A stretch of DNA of 64,000 nucleotides, taken from NCBI GenBank assembly GCA_964514595.1, contig CAZEQZ010000001.1:43914-107913 (forward strand). Reading direction: 5' to 3'. This DNA is from an uncultured Candidatus Saccharibacteria bacterium (lineage in GTDB: Bacteria; Patescibacteriota; Dojkabacteria; SC72). Below the pieces are notes generated by a model. That model was not told the DNA's origin. It saw nothing but the letters and a program-made list of their open reading frames with translations, and searched no databases. Positions 50,907 to 60,463 of the stretch are shown here, piece by piece (position 1 is the first letter of the stretch; each line of letters begins with the position of its first letter). The translations under genes were made by a program, and so were the position numbers.

Positions 50907-51614
50907 ATGAACTGTCCTAGAAGAAAATCTTTCTCTTTGGTATTATTTCTTCTTTTCCTCTCGGTATTTATTTCTTCTCCGACACATGTTCAGGCGGATT
51001 ACGCCTCCATAGCTCTATTACCCTCTACAGGGACTATATATGCAGACTACACGGCTCTTTCTTTAGTCGTAAATAGTGGGTCGGATGAGTTCTACGGTGT
51101 TGATGTTAATATTGCATTTACAGGAAGTGTTGTATATATGGAATCAACTGGGGCTAGCAGATGTAGTAGTTTTGTAACGACCGGTGGGGCAGGTACAATT
51201 AATGTTGAGTGTCTCTCTACTGCTCATGCAGAGGGGGAGACATATAGCGGTGTTGTTGCAACTCTCTATTTTAGATCTACAGGCACAGGAACCTCTACAT
51301 TCACCTTCACAAGTACAGATCCAAATATATTAACTAAAACGGGGGGGACATATACGCTCTCAACTGAAAATAATCCCGTACCAAGAGGTGGGAGTGCTGG
51401 TGGTGGTTTGCCAGAATCGGGCATATTTGATGACACAAGAAGCATCATAGCGATAGGGGCTGTACTCATGTTAGTTGGTATATTCTTTAATCAGGTAAAT
51501 CAATATACTGTGTCACTACTAGGCAATATCTCCGGAAAAGTGAAGGAGAGTAAACAGAAGAGGGAAGAGGAGAAAATTTCTAAAAGAAGGGGTAAATTAG
51601 AGAAAAGATTTTAA
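50907..51614 (+). CDS. small cell-surface protein: signal peptide, cohesin-like domain (tentative), LPESG sortase-type sorting signal with TM and basic tail
   Basis: Signal peptide MNCPRRKSFSLVLFLLFLSVFISSPTHVQA. Domain containing FYGVDVNIAFTGSVVYMES and YSGVVATLYFRSTGTGTSTFTF. LPESG, then hydrophobic IIAIGAVLMLVGIF, then K/R-rich tail. Confidence 0.55.
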   Translation: MNCPRRKSFSLVLFLLFLSVFISSPTHVQADYASIALLPSTGTIYADYTALSLVVNSGSDEFYGVDVNIAFTGSVVYMESTGASRCSSFVTTGGAGTINVECLSTAHAEGETYSGVVATLYFRSTGTGTSTFTFTSTDPNILTKTGGTYTLSTENNPVPRGGSAGGGLPESGIFDDTRSIIAIGAVLMLVGIFFNQVNQYTVSLLGNISGKVKESKQKREEEKISKRRGKLEKRF

Positions 51615-51620
51615 ACTGCC

Positions 51621-53006
51621 ATGTTCAAAAAACAAGAAGATTCTTATTCAAATAGATATATAGCGCCTAAGGGTTGGAAACCGAAGAACCCTGATGAGGA
51701 CTATGTAATAACATATTTAGATATTGAACTAGCTGATGGGGTAGAGATGAATCAGTTTGAGACTGTTGTTGCCGCATGCGCTGCAGAAAGCTCTACTGGT
51801 ACATGGACAAAGGTGTATGACGGAAAGGATTCAGGTGTCCCTATGGCAGACAAAATGAGGGCTATTGCTTTTGATCTAGAACCTGAAACAAAAACGTTTA
51901 AGATAGCATATAGGCAAGATTTGTTTGAAACGGACAATATGTCGGGCTTATTGGCTGGTATAGTGGGGAATGTTGGAGGAATGAAAATGCTTAAAGCGTT
52001 AAGATGTTTGGATATTAGATTTCCTAAGTGTATGGTGCAGGCATTTCCTGGCCCTCAGTTTGGTATAGATGGAGTTAGGGAACAGCTTTTGGTAGAGGAG
52101 GGTCCATTACTTCTCACGGTTCCTAAGCCTAAGATAGGGAGAACCGCAAAGGAGCAAGCGGAATTGGCTAGGATTCTATTTACAGCTGCAAATGGAGAGT
52201 ATCACGGTATAAAAGATGATGAAAATTTAACGAGTCTCTTTTTTAACACATTTGACGAGAGGTGTGAAAGAGTACATAAGGTAAGGAGAGAAATAGAGGA
52301 GAAGAGTGGAAAGAGAAAATTCTTCCTATGTAATATAACTCATTCAAATCTGGATACAATGATATCTAGGGCTGACAAAATTAAAGCACAAGGCGGTAGG
52401 TGGATGATGATGGATGTTATAACTACTGGTTTTTCCGCTGTTCATACAATGAGATTAAAAAATCCAGGTTTAGCTATTCATGCACATAGAGCTATGCACA
52501 GTCTCTTCACTAGAGAGTCCGGACCTGGTGTACATGATAAGGGGGAAATTGTTGATTTCTCAATGTCCATGGTTGCAAATGCAAAAATAATGCGTCTTCT
52601 GGGTGTAGATTCCTTCCATGGTGGTGCTCCTAAAACTAAGATGGAAAACTATGGAGAGCCTAAATTAATAAGGGATGTTTTACAACTTGATATAACTCCT
52701 GAGTCGTCTATAACATTAGGACAGAACTGGTTTGGAATGAAGCCGGTATGGCATGTTGCATCTGGAGGTCTTCATCCTGGAAGTATACCTGAGGTTCTGC
52801 ATCAACTCGGAGAGGACATAATGATACAGTGTGGTGGAGGAGTATTAGGTCATCCTTGGGGCATAGAGGCGGGAGTAGAGGCTGTTGTACAAGCTAAAGA
52901 GATAGCATTGGGTAGAGGTAATGTTGATGATTGGATAAAAGAGAATCCGGATAGTGCACTAGCCAAAGCAGCACAGCATTGGGGATTTGATCCTAGAATT
53001 GTTTAA
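51621..53006 (+). CDS. rbcL: ribulose-1,5-bisphosphate carboxylase/oxygenase large subunit, form III or II/III-like
   Basis: GTWT. VPKPKIG (K175/K177 region). GIKDDEN (carbamylated K201, D203, E204). IHAHRAMHS (H294/R295/H298). ASGGLHPG. QCGGGVLGHPWG. All catalytic blocks present, so not a RuBisCO-like protein. Confidence 0.9.
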   Translation: MFKKQEDSYSNRYIAPKGWKPKNPDEDYVITYLDIELADGVEMNQFETVVAACAAESSTGTWTKVYDGKDSGVPMADKMRAIAFDLEPETKTFKIAYRQDLFETDNMSGLLAGIVGNVGGMKMLKALRCLDIRFPKCMVQAFPGPQFGIDGVREQLLVEEGPLLLTVPKPKIGRTAKEQAELARILFTAANGEYHGIKDDENLTSLFFNTFDERCERVHKVRREIEEKSGKRKFFLCNITHSNLDTMISRADKIKAQGGRWMMMDVITTGFSAVHTMRLKNPGLAIHAHRAMHSLFTRESGPGVHDKGEIVDFSMSMVANAKIMRLLGVDSFHGGAPKTKMENYGEPKLIRDVLQLDITPESSITLGQNWFGMKPVWHVASGGLHPGSIPEVLHQLGEDIMIQCGGGVLGHPWGIEAGVEAVVQAKEIALGRGNVDDWIKENPDSALAKAAQHWGFDPRIV

Positions 53007-53038
53007 TTTTCCGTAATAAATAGTGTAGAATAGTACTT

Positions 53039-54514
53039 ATGTCAAACAAAGGTATAACCCCTAGGGAGAAAAGCTATTCAGAATGGTATCTGGATATAAT
53101 AGAAAAAGCCGAACTAGCAGAGAATTCGTCTGTTAGAGGATGTATGGTGATTAAACCATACGGTTATGCAATATGGGAAAACATTCAAAAAGGTTTGGAT
53201 GAGATGATAAAAGAGTCTGGTGCTAAGAATGCATACTTTCCAATATTTATTCCCCTGTCATTTCTGTCTAAAGAAGCTGATCATGTTAAAGGTTTTGCGA
53301 AAGAGTGCGCAGTGGTAACCCATCATAGGCTTAAAGAAACAGAAGATGGGAAGGGGGTAGAGGTTGATCCAGAATCAAAATTGGAAGAGGAGTTAATAGT
53401 TAGGCCAACTTCCGAAACAATAATATATGATACATTCTCCACATGGATTAAGTCTTGGAGAGATCTTCCATTGAGAATAAATCAATGGGCAAATATAGTT
53501 AGATGGGAGAAAAGAACCAGGCCTTTCTTAAGGACTGCAGAATTTCTTTGGCAGGAAGGACATACAGTACATTTAACACATAAAGAGGCCCAGGAGGAGG
53601 TTCTGAGGGCCTTAAACATGTATGTAGAGTTTGCAAGGAAGTATTTAGCTATGGAAACATACTATGGTAAAAAATCAGAATCAGAAAAGTTTGCAGGGGC
53701 TGTAGATACATACGGTGTAGAAGCTATGATGCAGGATGGAAAGGCTCTTCAATTTGGAACTTCTCATGATTTAGGACAAAATTTTGCAAAGGTATTTAAT
53801 ATTCAATTTGCAGACAAAGATGGTACTCTTAAATATCCATGGCAAACAAGCTGGGGTGTTAGTACAAGAATGATAGGGGCATTAGTTATGACACATAGTG
53901 ATGATAATGGGCTTGTTTTGCCTCCAAGTATAGCACCAGTAAAGGTTATATTAATACCTATATTCAAAGATGAGAATAAGGAAAAGGTCCTTGAATATAG
54001 TAAGAGTGTTAAGAAGGAGCTTTCTAAAGGCATTTTTGATGTAGAGTTGGATGATAGAGATTTTGTATCACCAGGTTTTAAATTTAATGAGTGGGAGAAA
54101 AAGGGAGTTCCTATTAGAATTGAGATAGGACAGAAAGAAATGGAGAATGGTGGAGTTGTGCTTGTTAGAAGAGATACATCTGAGAAGATCCAGAATGGAT
54201 TTGGAGATCTATCTAAAGTTGTTAAAAAGACCTTGGAAGATATTCAGAAAAACCTATATGAAAAATCTAAAGAATTATTAGTATCTAAGACCTATAGGGT
54301 GGAGGAGTTTGAAGAACTAAAGAAGACTTTTAAATCTGGGAAGGGTTTTGTTCGTGCGAATTGGTGCGGGGATCCTGAATGTGAGGAGAATATTAAATAT
54401 CATACAAAAGCAACGACGAGATGTCTCACAGAAGATGGAGTAGGTGTGAAGGGTAAATGTGTATACTGCGGTAAAGATAGTAATGAGGAGTGGATATTTG
54501 CCAAGGCGTATTAA
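53039..54514 (+). CDS. proS: prolyl-tRNA synthetase, archaeal/eukaryotic-type with C-terminal zinc-binding domain
   Basis: N-terminus SYSEWYLDIIEKAEL...RGCMVIKPYGYAIWE typical of archaeal-type ProRS. Class II motifs. C-terminal CGDPECEE...CVYCG. Confidence 0.88.
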   Translation: MSNKGITPREKSYSEWYLDIIEKAELAENSSVRGCMVIKPYGYAIWENIQKGLDEMIKESGAKNAYFPIFIPLSFLSKEADHVKGFAKECAVVTHHRLKETEDGKGVEVDPESKLEEELIVRPTSETIIYDTFSTWIKSWRDLPLRINQWANIVRWEKRTRPFLRTAEFLWQEGHTVHLTHKEAQEEVLRALNMYVEFARKYLAMETYYGKKSESEKFAGAVDTYGVEAMMQDGKALQFGTSHDLGQNFAKVFNIQFADKDGTLKYPWQTSWGVSTRMIGALVMTHSDDNGLVLPPSIAPVKVILIPIFKDENKEKVLEYSKSVKKELSKGIFDVELDDRDFVSPGFKFNEWEKKGVPIRIEIGQKEMENGGVVLVRRDTSEKIQNGFGDLSKVVKKTLEDIQKNLYEKSKELLVSKTYRVEEFEELKKTFKSGKGFVRANWCGDPECEENIKYHTKATTRCLTEDGVGVKGKCVYCGKDSNEEWIFAKAY

Positions 54515-54790
54515 GTGAAACCATGGGAAATTTATAGAAATTTATTTTCCATCTTTGTTCAATGAAAATATACTCAATAGTTCATATATTTAATCAGAAT
54601 ATTTTTATACATCTATTTTGCTCCTTTGTTACAATGAAAATTTTTGTATATATACTTTTGAACGGAGAAAAATTTTGGAGGAGCTAGTGGTCGTACTCTA
54701 ACTCGGCAGGAGAGTTTCACTCATTGTTTGGTCGTGAAGTTACAAAAAGTTTACAAAAACAAAGAGAGTACATGTCTATATTTGGTTGTT

Positions 54791-57649
54791 CTAATAACCA
54801 TTATTGAGATATTCCTTTAAATACTGTCCAGTGTAACTAGCTTTTGTAGCCATGATATCCTTTGGGGTGCCTTCAGCTACAATATAACCTCCTTTCTCTC
54901 CACCTTCGGGTCCAAGATCTATGATCCAGTCCGAGAGTTTAATTACGTCTAAATTATGTTCTACTATGACGACCGTATTCCCTTTCTCCACAAGATCAGT
55001 AAGGATATTCATTAAATTGTCGATGTCGTAATAGTGAAGACCTGTAGTGGGTTCGTCTAGTATATAGAGTGTATGTCCTGTTGATATCTTTGAAAGCTCC
55101 TTGGCAAGTTTTATTCGTTGAGATTCACCTCCAGATAGCGTTAGAGCTGATTGACCGAGTTCAATGTATCCTAGCCCAACTTTCATTAGTATGTCAAGCT
55201 TTTTCTTGATGTTAGGAATATTTTTGAAAAATTCTGAGGCATCTTCCACGGTCATTTTTAGTATGTCGGCAATGTTCTTGCCCTTAAAATCTATTTGTAG
55301 AGCCTCTTTATTGTATCTGCTACCTTCGCATTCATCACAGGTTATGTACATGTCAGGTAGGAATTGCATTTCAATTTTTAATTGACCATCACCTTTACAT
55401 TTTTCACATCTCCCACCTTTAACATTGAAGCTAAATCTTCCAGGGGTGTATCCTCTTGCTTGAGCTTCTTTAGTGTTTGCAAATAGTTCACGAATGGGGG
55501 TGAATAGTCCTGTGTATGTTGCAGGATTTGATCTGGGGGTTCGACCTATAGGAGACTGATCAATACCAATTACTTTGTTTATATTCTCTAACCCTTCTAT
55601 GTCGTCATAGGAACCCTCAATTTGTTTACCATTCATAATTCTGTTTGTCAGCACTGGGAAAAGCGTATTTTCTATCAAGGAGGACTTCCCACTGCCAGAA
55701 ACTCCCGTAATGGATATTAGCTTTCCCAAGGGGATTTCTATATTAAGGTTCTTTAAATTGTGTGTTTTTACACCTGTTATTTTTATACTTTGTTTTAAAT
55801 CTAGTTTTTTCTCTCGGCGGATCTTATTGCCTACTATCAAGCTTTTATTAATATACTTCGCAGTGAGAGAAGGGGAGTGCTTAATGTCGTCGAAAGTGCC
55901 ACTAGCAACAACCTTGCCACCGTGCTTGCCAGCTTTAGGTCCTATATCTATAATCCAGTCCGAATGTCTCATAGTCTCGGCGTCATGTTCTACGATGACA
56001 ACTGTATTATCTAGATCTCTGAGATCTTTTAATGAGGTTATTAATCTTGTCACATCTCTTGGATGAAGCCCAATTGAAGGCTCGTCTAGGACATAGAGTA
56101 CTCCGGAAAGGCCAGTTCCTATTTGAGAGGCTAAGCGTATTCTTTGAGATTCTCCTCCAGAAAGAGTGTTGGCTTTTCTAGATATTGTTAAATATTCAAG
56201 TCCAACATTTGTTAAGAAATCAAGTCTAGTTAATATCTCTTTTATGATGGGTTTGGCTATTTCGTATTTATTTCCTTTAAGGTTTAGTTCTTTCAAGAAT
56301 CTTTTTGCATCTGCTATGGACATATTGGTTATATCATCTATGTTCATTTTGTTTATGGTAACATGAAGAGAGTATGGTTTTAATCTTCTCCCTTGGCATA
56401 CAGAACATGTATCTTCTTTCATATATTTCTCAATCTCCATCCTAGAGTATTCTGAGGATGTTTCTTTATATCTTCTTTTTAGCTCGTTCATAACCCCCTC
56501 GTATTCAGTACTATACGTATTTGTTCGACCAAATCTGTTGGTGTATATTATTTCATATGGGGGTTTAGCCCCTGTCCCATAGAATAGTAGGTCAAATACC
56601 TCCTTTGGATATTTTCCTATGGGTGTTTTGAGGTCAAAGTTATGTCTTTTTGCAACCTCATTAAGTATTCTGGTAGTCCATGAATCCTTTGTGGTTCTAT
56701 TTCCCCAAGGGAATATTCCTCCCTCCGATATTGTTAGATTAGGGTTATAGAGTAGGTTGATGTCGATTTCTTTCAATGTGCCAAGTCCTGTGCATTCTGA
56801 GCATGCGCCCTCAGGAGAGTTGAAGGAGAATGATGCGGGTGTAATTTGGGGGTATGAGATGCCACACTTAAAGCAGGTGTTGTTTTCTGAAAAGAAGAGT
56901 TCTTCGTTTTCTGTTATTATTTTTACTTCCCCTTCTGATTGGTTAGTTGCAAGTTCTATTGCATCTACAAGGCGTTTTTTGAACTCTTTTGTGTTAATTT
57001 CCGTTGTGTCTAGTCTGTCTATGACTAAATCTACAGTGTGCTTTTTATTTTCATCAATTTTTATATTTTCAACGTCGTCGAGCATGTACAGATCATGATC
57101 AATTATCACCCTAAGGAATCCTTTGCTTAGGAGCTTATCAAAGAGGGAAAAGAACTGTCCTTTACGGTTTTTTATAAGTGGTGAAACCACCTGTATCTTT
57201 TGCGTGGAACCTTTGAGGGTGGTGAGTACTTTTTTTGATATTTCTTCTATGGTTTGAGCTTGGACTGGTATTCCACACTGAGGGCAATGTGGTTGACCTA
57301 CGTGTCCGTATAGGAGTCTTAGATGGTTGTATATTTCTGTTATTGTTCCTACTGTGGATCGAGGGTTGGTGGAAGTGGTTTTTTGATCTATGGATATGGC
57401 TGGAGAGAGTCCCTCTATGGAGTCTACATCAGGTTTTTTCATTACACCAAGAAATTGTCTGGCATAGGAGGAGAGTGATTCGACGTATCTTCTTTGTCCT
57501 TCTGCGTAGAGAGTATCGAAGGCTAGGGATGTTTTTCCACTTCCCGAGACTCCTGTTAAGACAACTAACTTATTTTTAGGGATTTCTACTGAGATGTTCT
57601 TTAGATTGTTCTCTCTAGCTCCCTTTATTTTAATGAATTCCTTTTGCAT
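54791..57649 (-). CDS. uvrA: excinuclease ABC subunit A (start at [14 protein letters not shown], 57649)
   Basis: Two ABC modules ([10 protein letters not shown] x2, LSGGESQRI x2). Zinc-finger cysteines. N-terminus aligns with UvrA MDKIxIKGARxHNLKNI. Confidence 0.95.
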   Translation of the reverse strand: MQKEFIKIKGARENNLKNISVEIPKNKLVVLTGVSGSGKTSLAFDTLYAEGQRRYVESLSSYARQFLGVMKKPDVDSIEGLSPAISIDQKTTSTNPRSTVGTITEIYNHLRLLYGHVGQPHCPQCGIPVQAQTIEEISKKVLTTLKGSTQKIQVVSPLIKNRKGQFFSLFDKLLSKGFLRVIIDHDLYMLDDVENIKIDENKKHTVDLVIDRLDTTEINTKEFKKRLVDAIELATNQSEGEVKIITENEELFFSENNTCFKCGISYPQITPASFSFNSPEGACSECTGLGTLKEIDINLLYNPNLTISEGGIFPWGNRTTKDSWTTRILNEVAKRHNFDLKTPIGKYPKEVFDLLFYGTGAKPPYEIIYTNRFGRTNTYSTEYEGVMNELKRRYKETSSEYSRMEIEKYMKEDTCSVCQGRRLKPYSLHVTINKMNIDDITNMSIADAKRFLKELNLKGNKYEIAKPIIKEILTRLDFLTNVGLEYLTISRKANTLSGGESQRIRLASQIGTGLSGVLYVLDEPSIGLHPRDVTRLITSLKDLRDLDNTVVIVEHDAETMRHSDWIIDIGPKAGKHGGKVVASGTFDDIKHSPSLTAKYINKSLIVGNKIRREKKLDLKQSIKITGVKTHNLKNLNIEIPLGKLISITGVSGSGKSSLIENTLFPVLTNRIMNGKQIEGSYDDIEGLENINKVIGIDQSPIGRTPRSNPATYTGLFTPIRELFANTKEAQARGYTPGRFSFNVKGGRCEKCKGDGQLKIEMQFLPDMYITCDECEGSRYNKEALQIDFKGKNIADILKMTVEDASEFFKNIPNIKKKLDILMKVGLGYIELGQSALTLSGGESQRIKLAKELSKISTGHTLYILDEPTTGLHYYDIDNLMNILTDLVEKGNTVVIVEHNLDVIKLSDWIIDLGPEGGEKGGYIVAEGTPKDIMATKASYTGQYLKEYLNNGY

Positions 57650-57782
57650 ATCAATCTTTATTATATCACGATTTAGCCATATCATCTGGCCCATAGAGTA
57701 TTAAATATGATGAGTAAATGTGATATAGTCTGTACTAACAAAAGGAAATCAGGTAAACTGAACGTAGTATGTGACGTAGTAT

Positions 57783-57856
57783 GCACCCGTAGCTCAATAG
57801 GATAGAGCAACGCACTCCTAACGCGTAGGTTGTTGGTTCGATTCCGACCGGGTGCG
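57783..57856 (+). tRNA. tRNA-Arg (anticodon CCT). One A-C mismatch in anticodon stem as folded by eye
   Basis: GCACCCGTAGCTCAATAGGATAGAGC A ACGCA-CTCCTAA-CGCGT ... GTTGGTTCGATTCCGAC CGGGTGC, followed by T-run. Confidence 0.65.
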
Positions 57857-57860
57857 TTTT

Positions 57861-59393
57861 TTACTTGATTTTGTATTGGTGAATGGAGAGGGTTTCTTCT
57901 TCTTCCTCAAGGGTTATGATATGTTCTCTGGAGTTTTTTATTGAGTAGAGGAGTTTATTATTCACGTTGAAGATTTCTTGGGTGTTCTCTCCGTCTTTCT
58001 CAGATATAAATAGAGAATTGTTACGTATGTAGTAGACGTAGAGGGAGTTTGAGAGCCAGTTAATCTCGGTAACTTCATTTTTTGGTAGGTTAACTATTTT
58101 CTTGCTTCCTATTTCTTCTGTGTGATTGGCGTCTTCTTTGTCAAATGTAAATATGTATATACTGTCCCCGTTACTGAAGAGTAGTTTTTTAGAGTCTGGA
58201 GAGAATTGTATTAAGTCGGCTGGATAGGGAGATATCATTCGATATCTGTCTTTCTCCATGTTGTACCAGTATGTGGATGTTTCTGTTTTTATAAATAGGC
58301 CTTTTGCTGATTGGTTTACTTCAATTGATATTATTTGTCCTGTAGTTTGGGTAGATGTGGGAGAATTTTTGAATTCTGGGTATGTATCTCCATTGTTTCT
58401 GTAGTGTTCTGCATATTTCGCATCTTTTTGTAGGTATATTTTATCTATTGTATATTTAGGATCTGTACCGTCTAGATTTAGCTGTTTGAGAGCGTATGTG
58501 TATGTTGGATCTTCTTGTGTATGGAGAGGGTCTAGGATGAAGAAGGATCCCTCTTCATCGGTAGTCCATATGTATTGGTTTGTATCGTTTTTCTTTTGTA
58601 GTAGGTATCTTATGTTCCTTGTAATGTCCAAGGAGATTATATCTTCCTGAGATTCCAAGATTAAGTGTCTGTTATCTTTTGCCCAGGTAATTGTGTATCC
58701 TTGTAGGTCTGATATGTCTAGGGGAGTGAGGTCTTCGATGGTGGTGGATCTTTGCAGTTCTAGAATGTAGTTTGTGGTTCCTTCTTCATTTGTCATTTGC
58801 AATAGTGCTATTTGCCCATTTGGTGATATGTTTAGTTCAATGTTCTCCGTTTCTAATGTTATTATCTGCATGGGGTTTGGGTTTAAGCTCCAGAGTGGTG
58901 TATTTACTCTGTATTGCCAGAGGGTGTATATGTCTTCATTCTCTTGTTGAAGAAACATGAAGGACTCTTTATATTTGCTAACCCAGTATTTCACAAGAGG
59001 TTTCTCTGATTCCCAGAGCGTAGATTCTACAGGTTCTTTTAGTATTAGAAATGGATAGATGGGGGTCGATTTCTCCTCGACTATCTCGATATTCTTTTTC
59101 CATTCTCTGTATCCATTTCTCCAAACAGATATGTTGTGTGTTCCAACATCCAAGGTTCTGCTTCTGGGTGTTCTTCCTATGCTGTTATCATTAATATATA
59201 GATTGGCCGCAGATGGCTCACTTTGTACAGTTAAGACACCGGTTTTTCGTATCTCTCTTTCGGAGAAATCTAATCTATATCCTTTTGAGAAGTAGTATAT
59301 TGATAGTGATCCTCCTAGAATAAAGAGTGTGGAGAGTATTGATACAACTAAGCCCTTAATATTAAGGGAGAGCTTTTTCTTGTTGGACTTCAT
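57861..59393 (-). CDS. membrane-anchored PEGA-domain protein with C-terminal beta-rich (propeller-like) region
   Basis: N-terminal TM. TVQSEPSAANLYINDNSIGRTPRSRTLDVGTHNISVWRNGY fits the PEGA motif. Remainder Y/W-rich repeats. Confidence 0.55.
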   Translation of the reverse strand: MKSNKKKLSLNIKGLVVSILSTLFILGGSLSIYYFSKGYRLDFSEREIRKTGVLTVQSEPSAANLYINDNSIGRTPRSRTLDVGTHNISVWRNGYREWKKNIEIVEEKSTPIYPFLILKEPVESTLWESEKPLVKYWVSKYKESFMFLQQENEDIYTLWQYRVNTPLWSLNPNPMQIITLETENIELNISPNGQIALLQMTNEEGTTNYILELQRSTTIEDLTPLDISDLQGYTITWAKDNRHLILESQEDIISLDITRNIRYLLQKKNDTNQYIWTTDEEGSFFILDPLHTQEDPTYTYALKQLNLDGTDPKYTIDKIYLQKDAKYAEHYRNNGDTYPEFKNSPTSTQTTGQIISIEVNQSAKGLFIKTETSTYWYNMEKDRYRMISPYPADLIQFSPDSKKLLFSNGDSIYIFTFDKEDANHTEEIGSKKIVNLPKNEVTEINWLSNSLYVYYIRNNSLFISEKDGENTQEIFNVNNKLLYSIKNSREHIITLEEEEETLSIHQYKIK

Positions 59394-59434
59394 AGAAGAA
59401 AGTATAGCATAATGGGCAGGAAGTTGTTAGAATA

Positions 59435-60439
59435 GTGGGTATGAAAAAGAAAATATTAACAGGGGATAGGCCAACTGGGAGACTACATATTGGACATCTT
59501 CTGGGTACCTTGGAAAATAGGGCAAAACTACAGGACGAGTATGATGAATATATTATAGTGGCTAATGTACAGGCTCTGGCTGATAATTTTGATAATCCTG
59601 GGAAAGTTAGAGAAAATATTGAGGAGCTTCTTTGTGATTATTATGCATCTGGGTTGGATTTTGATAAGGCGAATGTATTTATTCAGAGTGAGGTTCCAGA
59701 GATTCATGAGATATTTATATATCTTTCAAATTTCGCTACAGTTCAACAGATTCAGCATAATCCTACAATTAAAACTGAGATGGCTCAGAAGGGTATTGAG
59801 GTTTCTACACCTTTAGGTTTTTTTATGTATCCTATTCATCAAACTGCAGATATTCTTTGCGTGAATGCTGATTTGGTTCCGGTGGGTAAGGATCAGGCTC
59901 CAATGGTGGAGGATACTAGGAAGTTGGCTAGAAAATTTAACAAAACATATGGAGTGAATATTCTAAATGAACCTGAAGCATTGTTTGGTGTTGAAAAGAA
60001 TGTCCCGGGTATAGATGGAAATGAAAAGATGGGAAAGAGCTTAAATAATTGTATATATTTGTCAGACTCTGAGGAGGATCTTAAAAAGAAGGTTTTTAAG
60101 GTATATACAGATCCTGATCGTATACATGCTACAGATCCTGGCAAAATAGAGGGGAATATAGCTTTTGTATACCACGACCTTTTCAATGATAACAAAGAAG
60201 AGGTTGAGGATATGAAGAAGAGGTACAGGGAGGGGAAGATAGGGGATGTGGAGGTTAAGGAGAAGTTATATTTAGCTATGAATGAGGTTTTGACCCCTAT
60301 TAGGGAGAAGAGAATTAAGGCAGAGAGTATAAAGGATGAGCTTTTACTTAAAGCTTTAGAAGATGGAAAGAAGGTTTCGAAGATTGCTAGAGGGATTGCT
60401 GATCAAATGAAAGAGGCAATGTTATTGAAATTTAAATAG
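59435..60439 (+). CDS. trpS: tryptophanyl-tRNA synthetase
   Basis: TGDRPTGRLHIGH (HIGH). KMGKSLNN (KMSKS). Length 334 aa. Confidence 0.9.
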   Translation: MGMKKKILTGDRPTGRLHIGHLLGTLENRAKLQDEYDEYIIVANVQALADNFDNPGKVRENIEELLCDYYASGLDFDKANVFIQSEVPEIHEIFIYLSNFATVQQIQHNPTIKTEMAQKGIEVSTPLGFFMYPIHQTADILCVNADLVPVGKDQAPMVEDTRKLARKFNKTYGVNILNEPEALFGVEKNVPGIDGNEKMGKSLNNCIYLSDSEEDLKKKVFKVYTDPDRIHATDPGKIEGNIAFVYHDLFNDNKEEVEDMKKRYREGKIGDVEVKEKLYLAMNEVLTPIREKRIKAESIKDELLLKALEDGKKVSKIARGIADQMKEAMLLKFK

Positions 60440-60463
60440 TACATAACTTATAGTTTTCATGAG

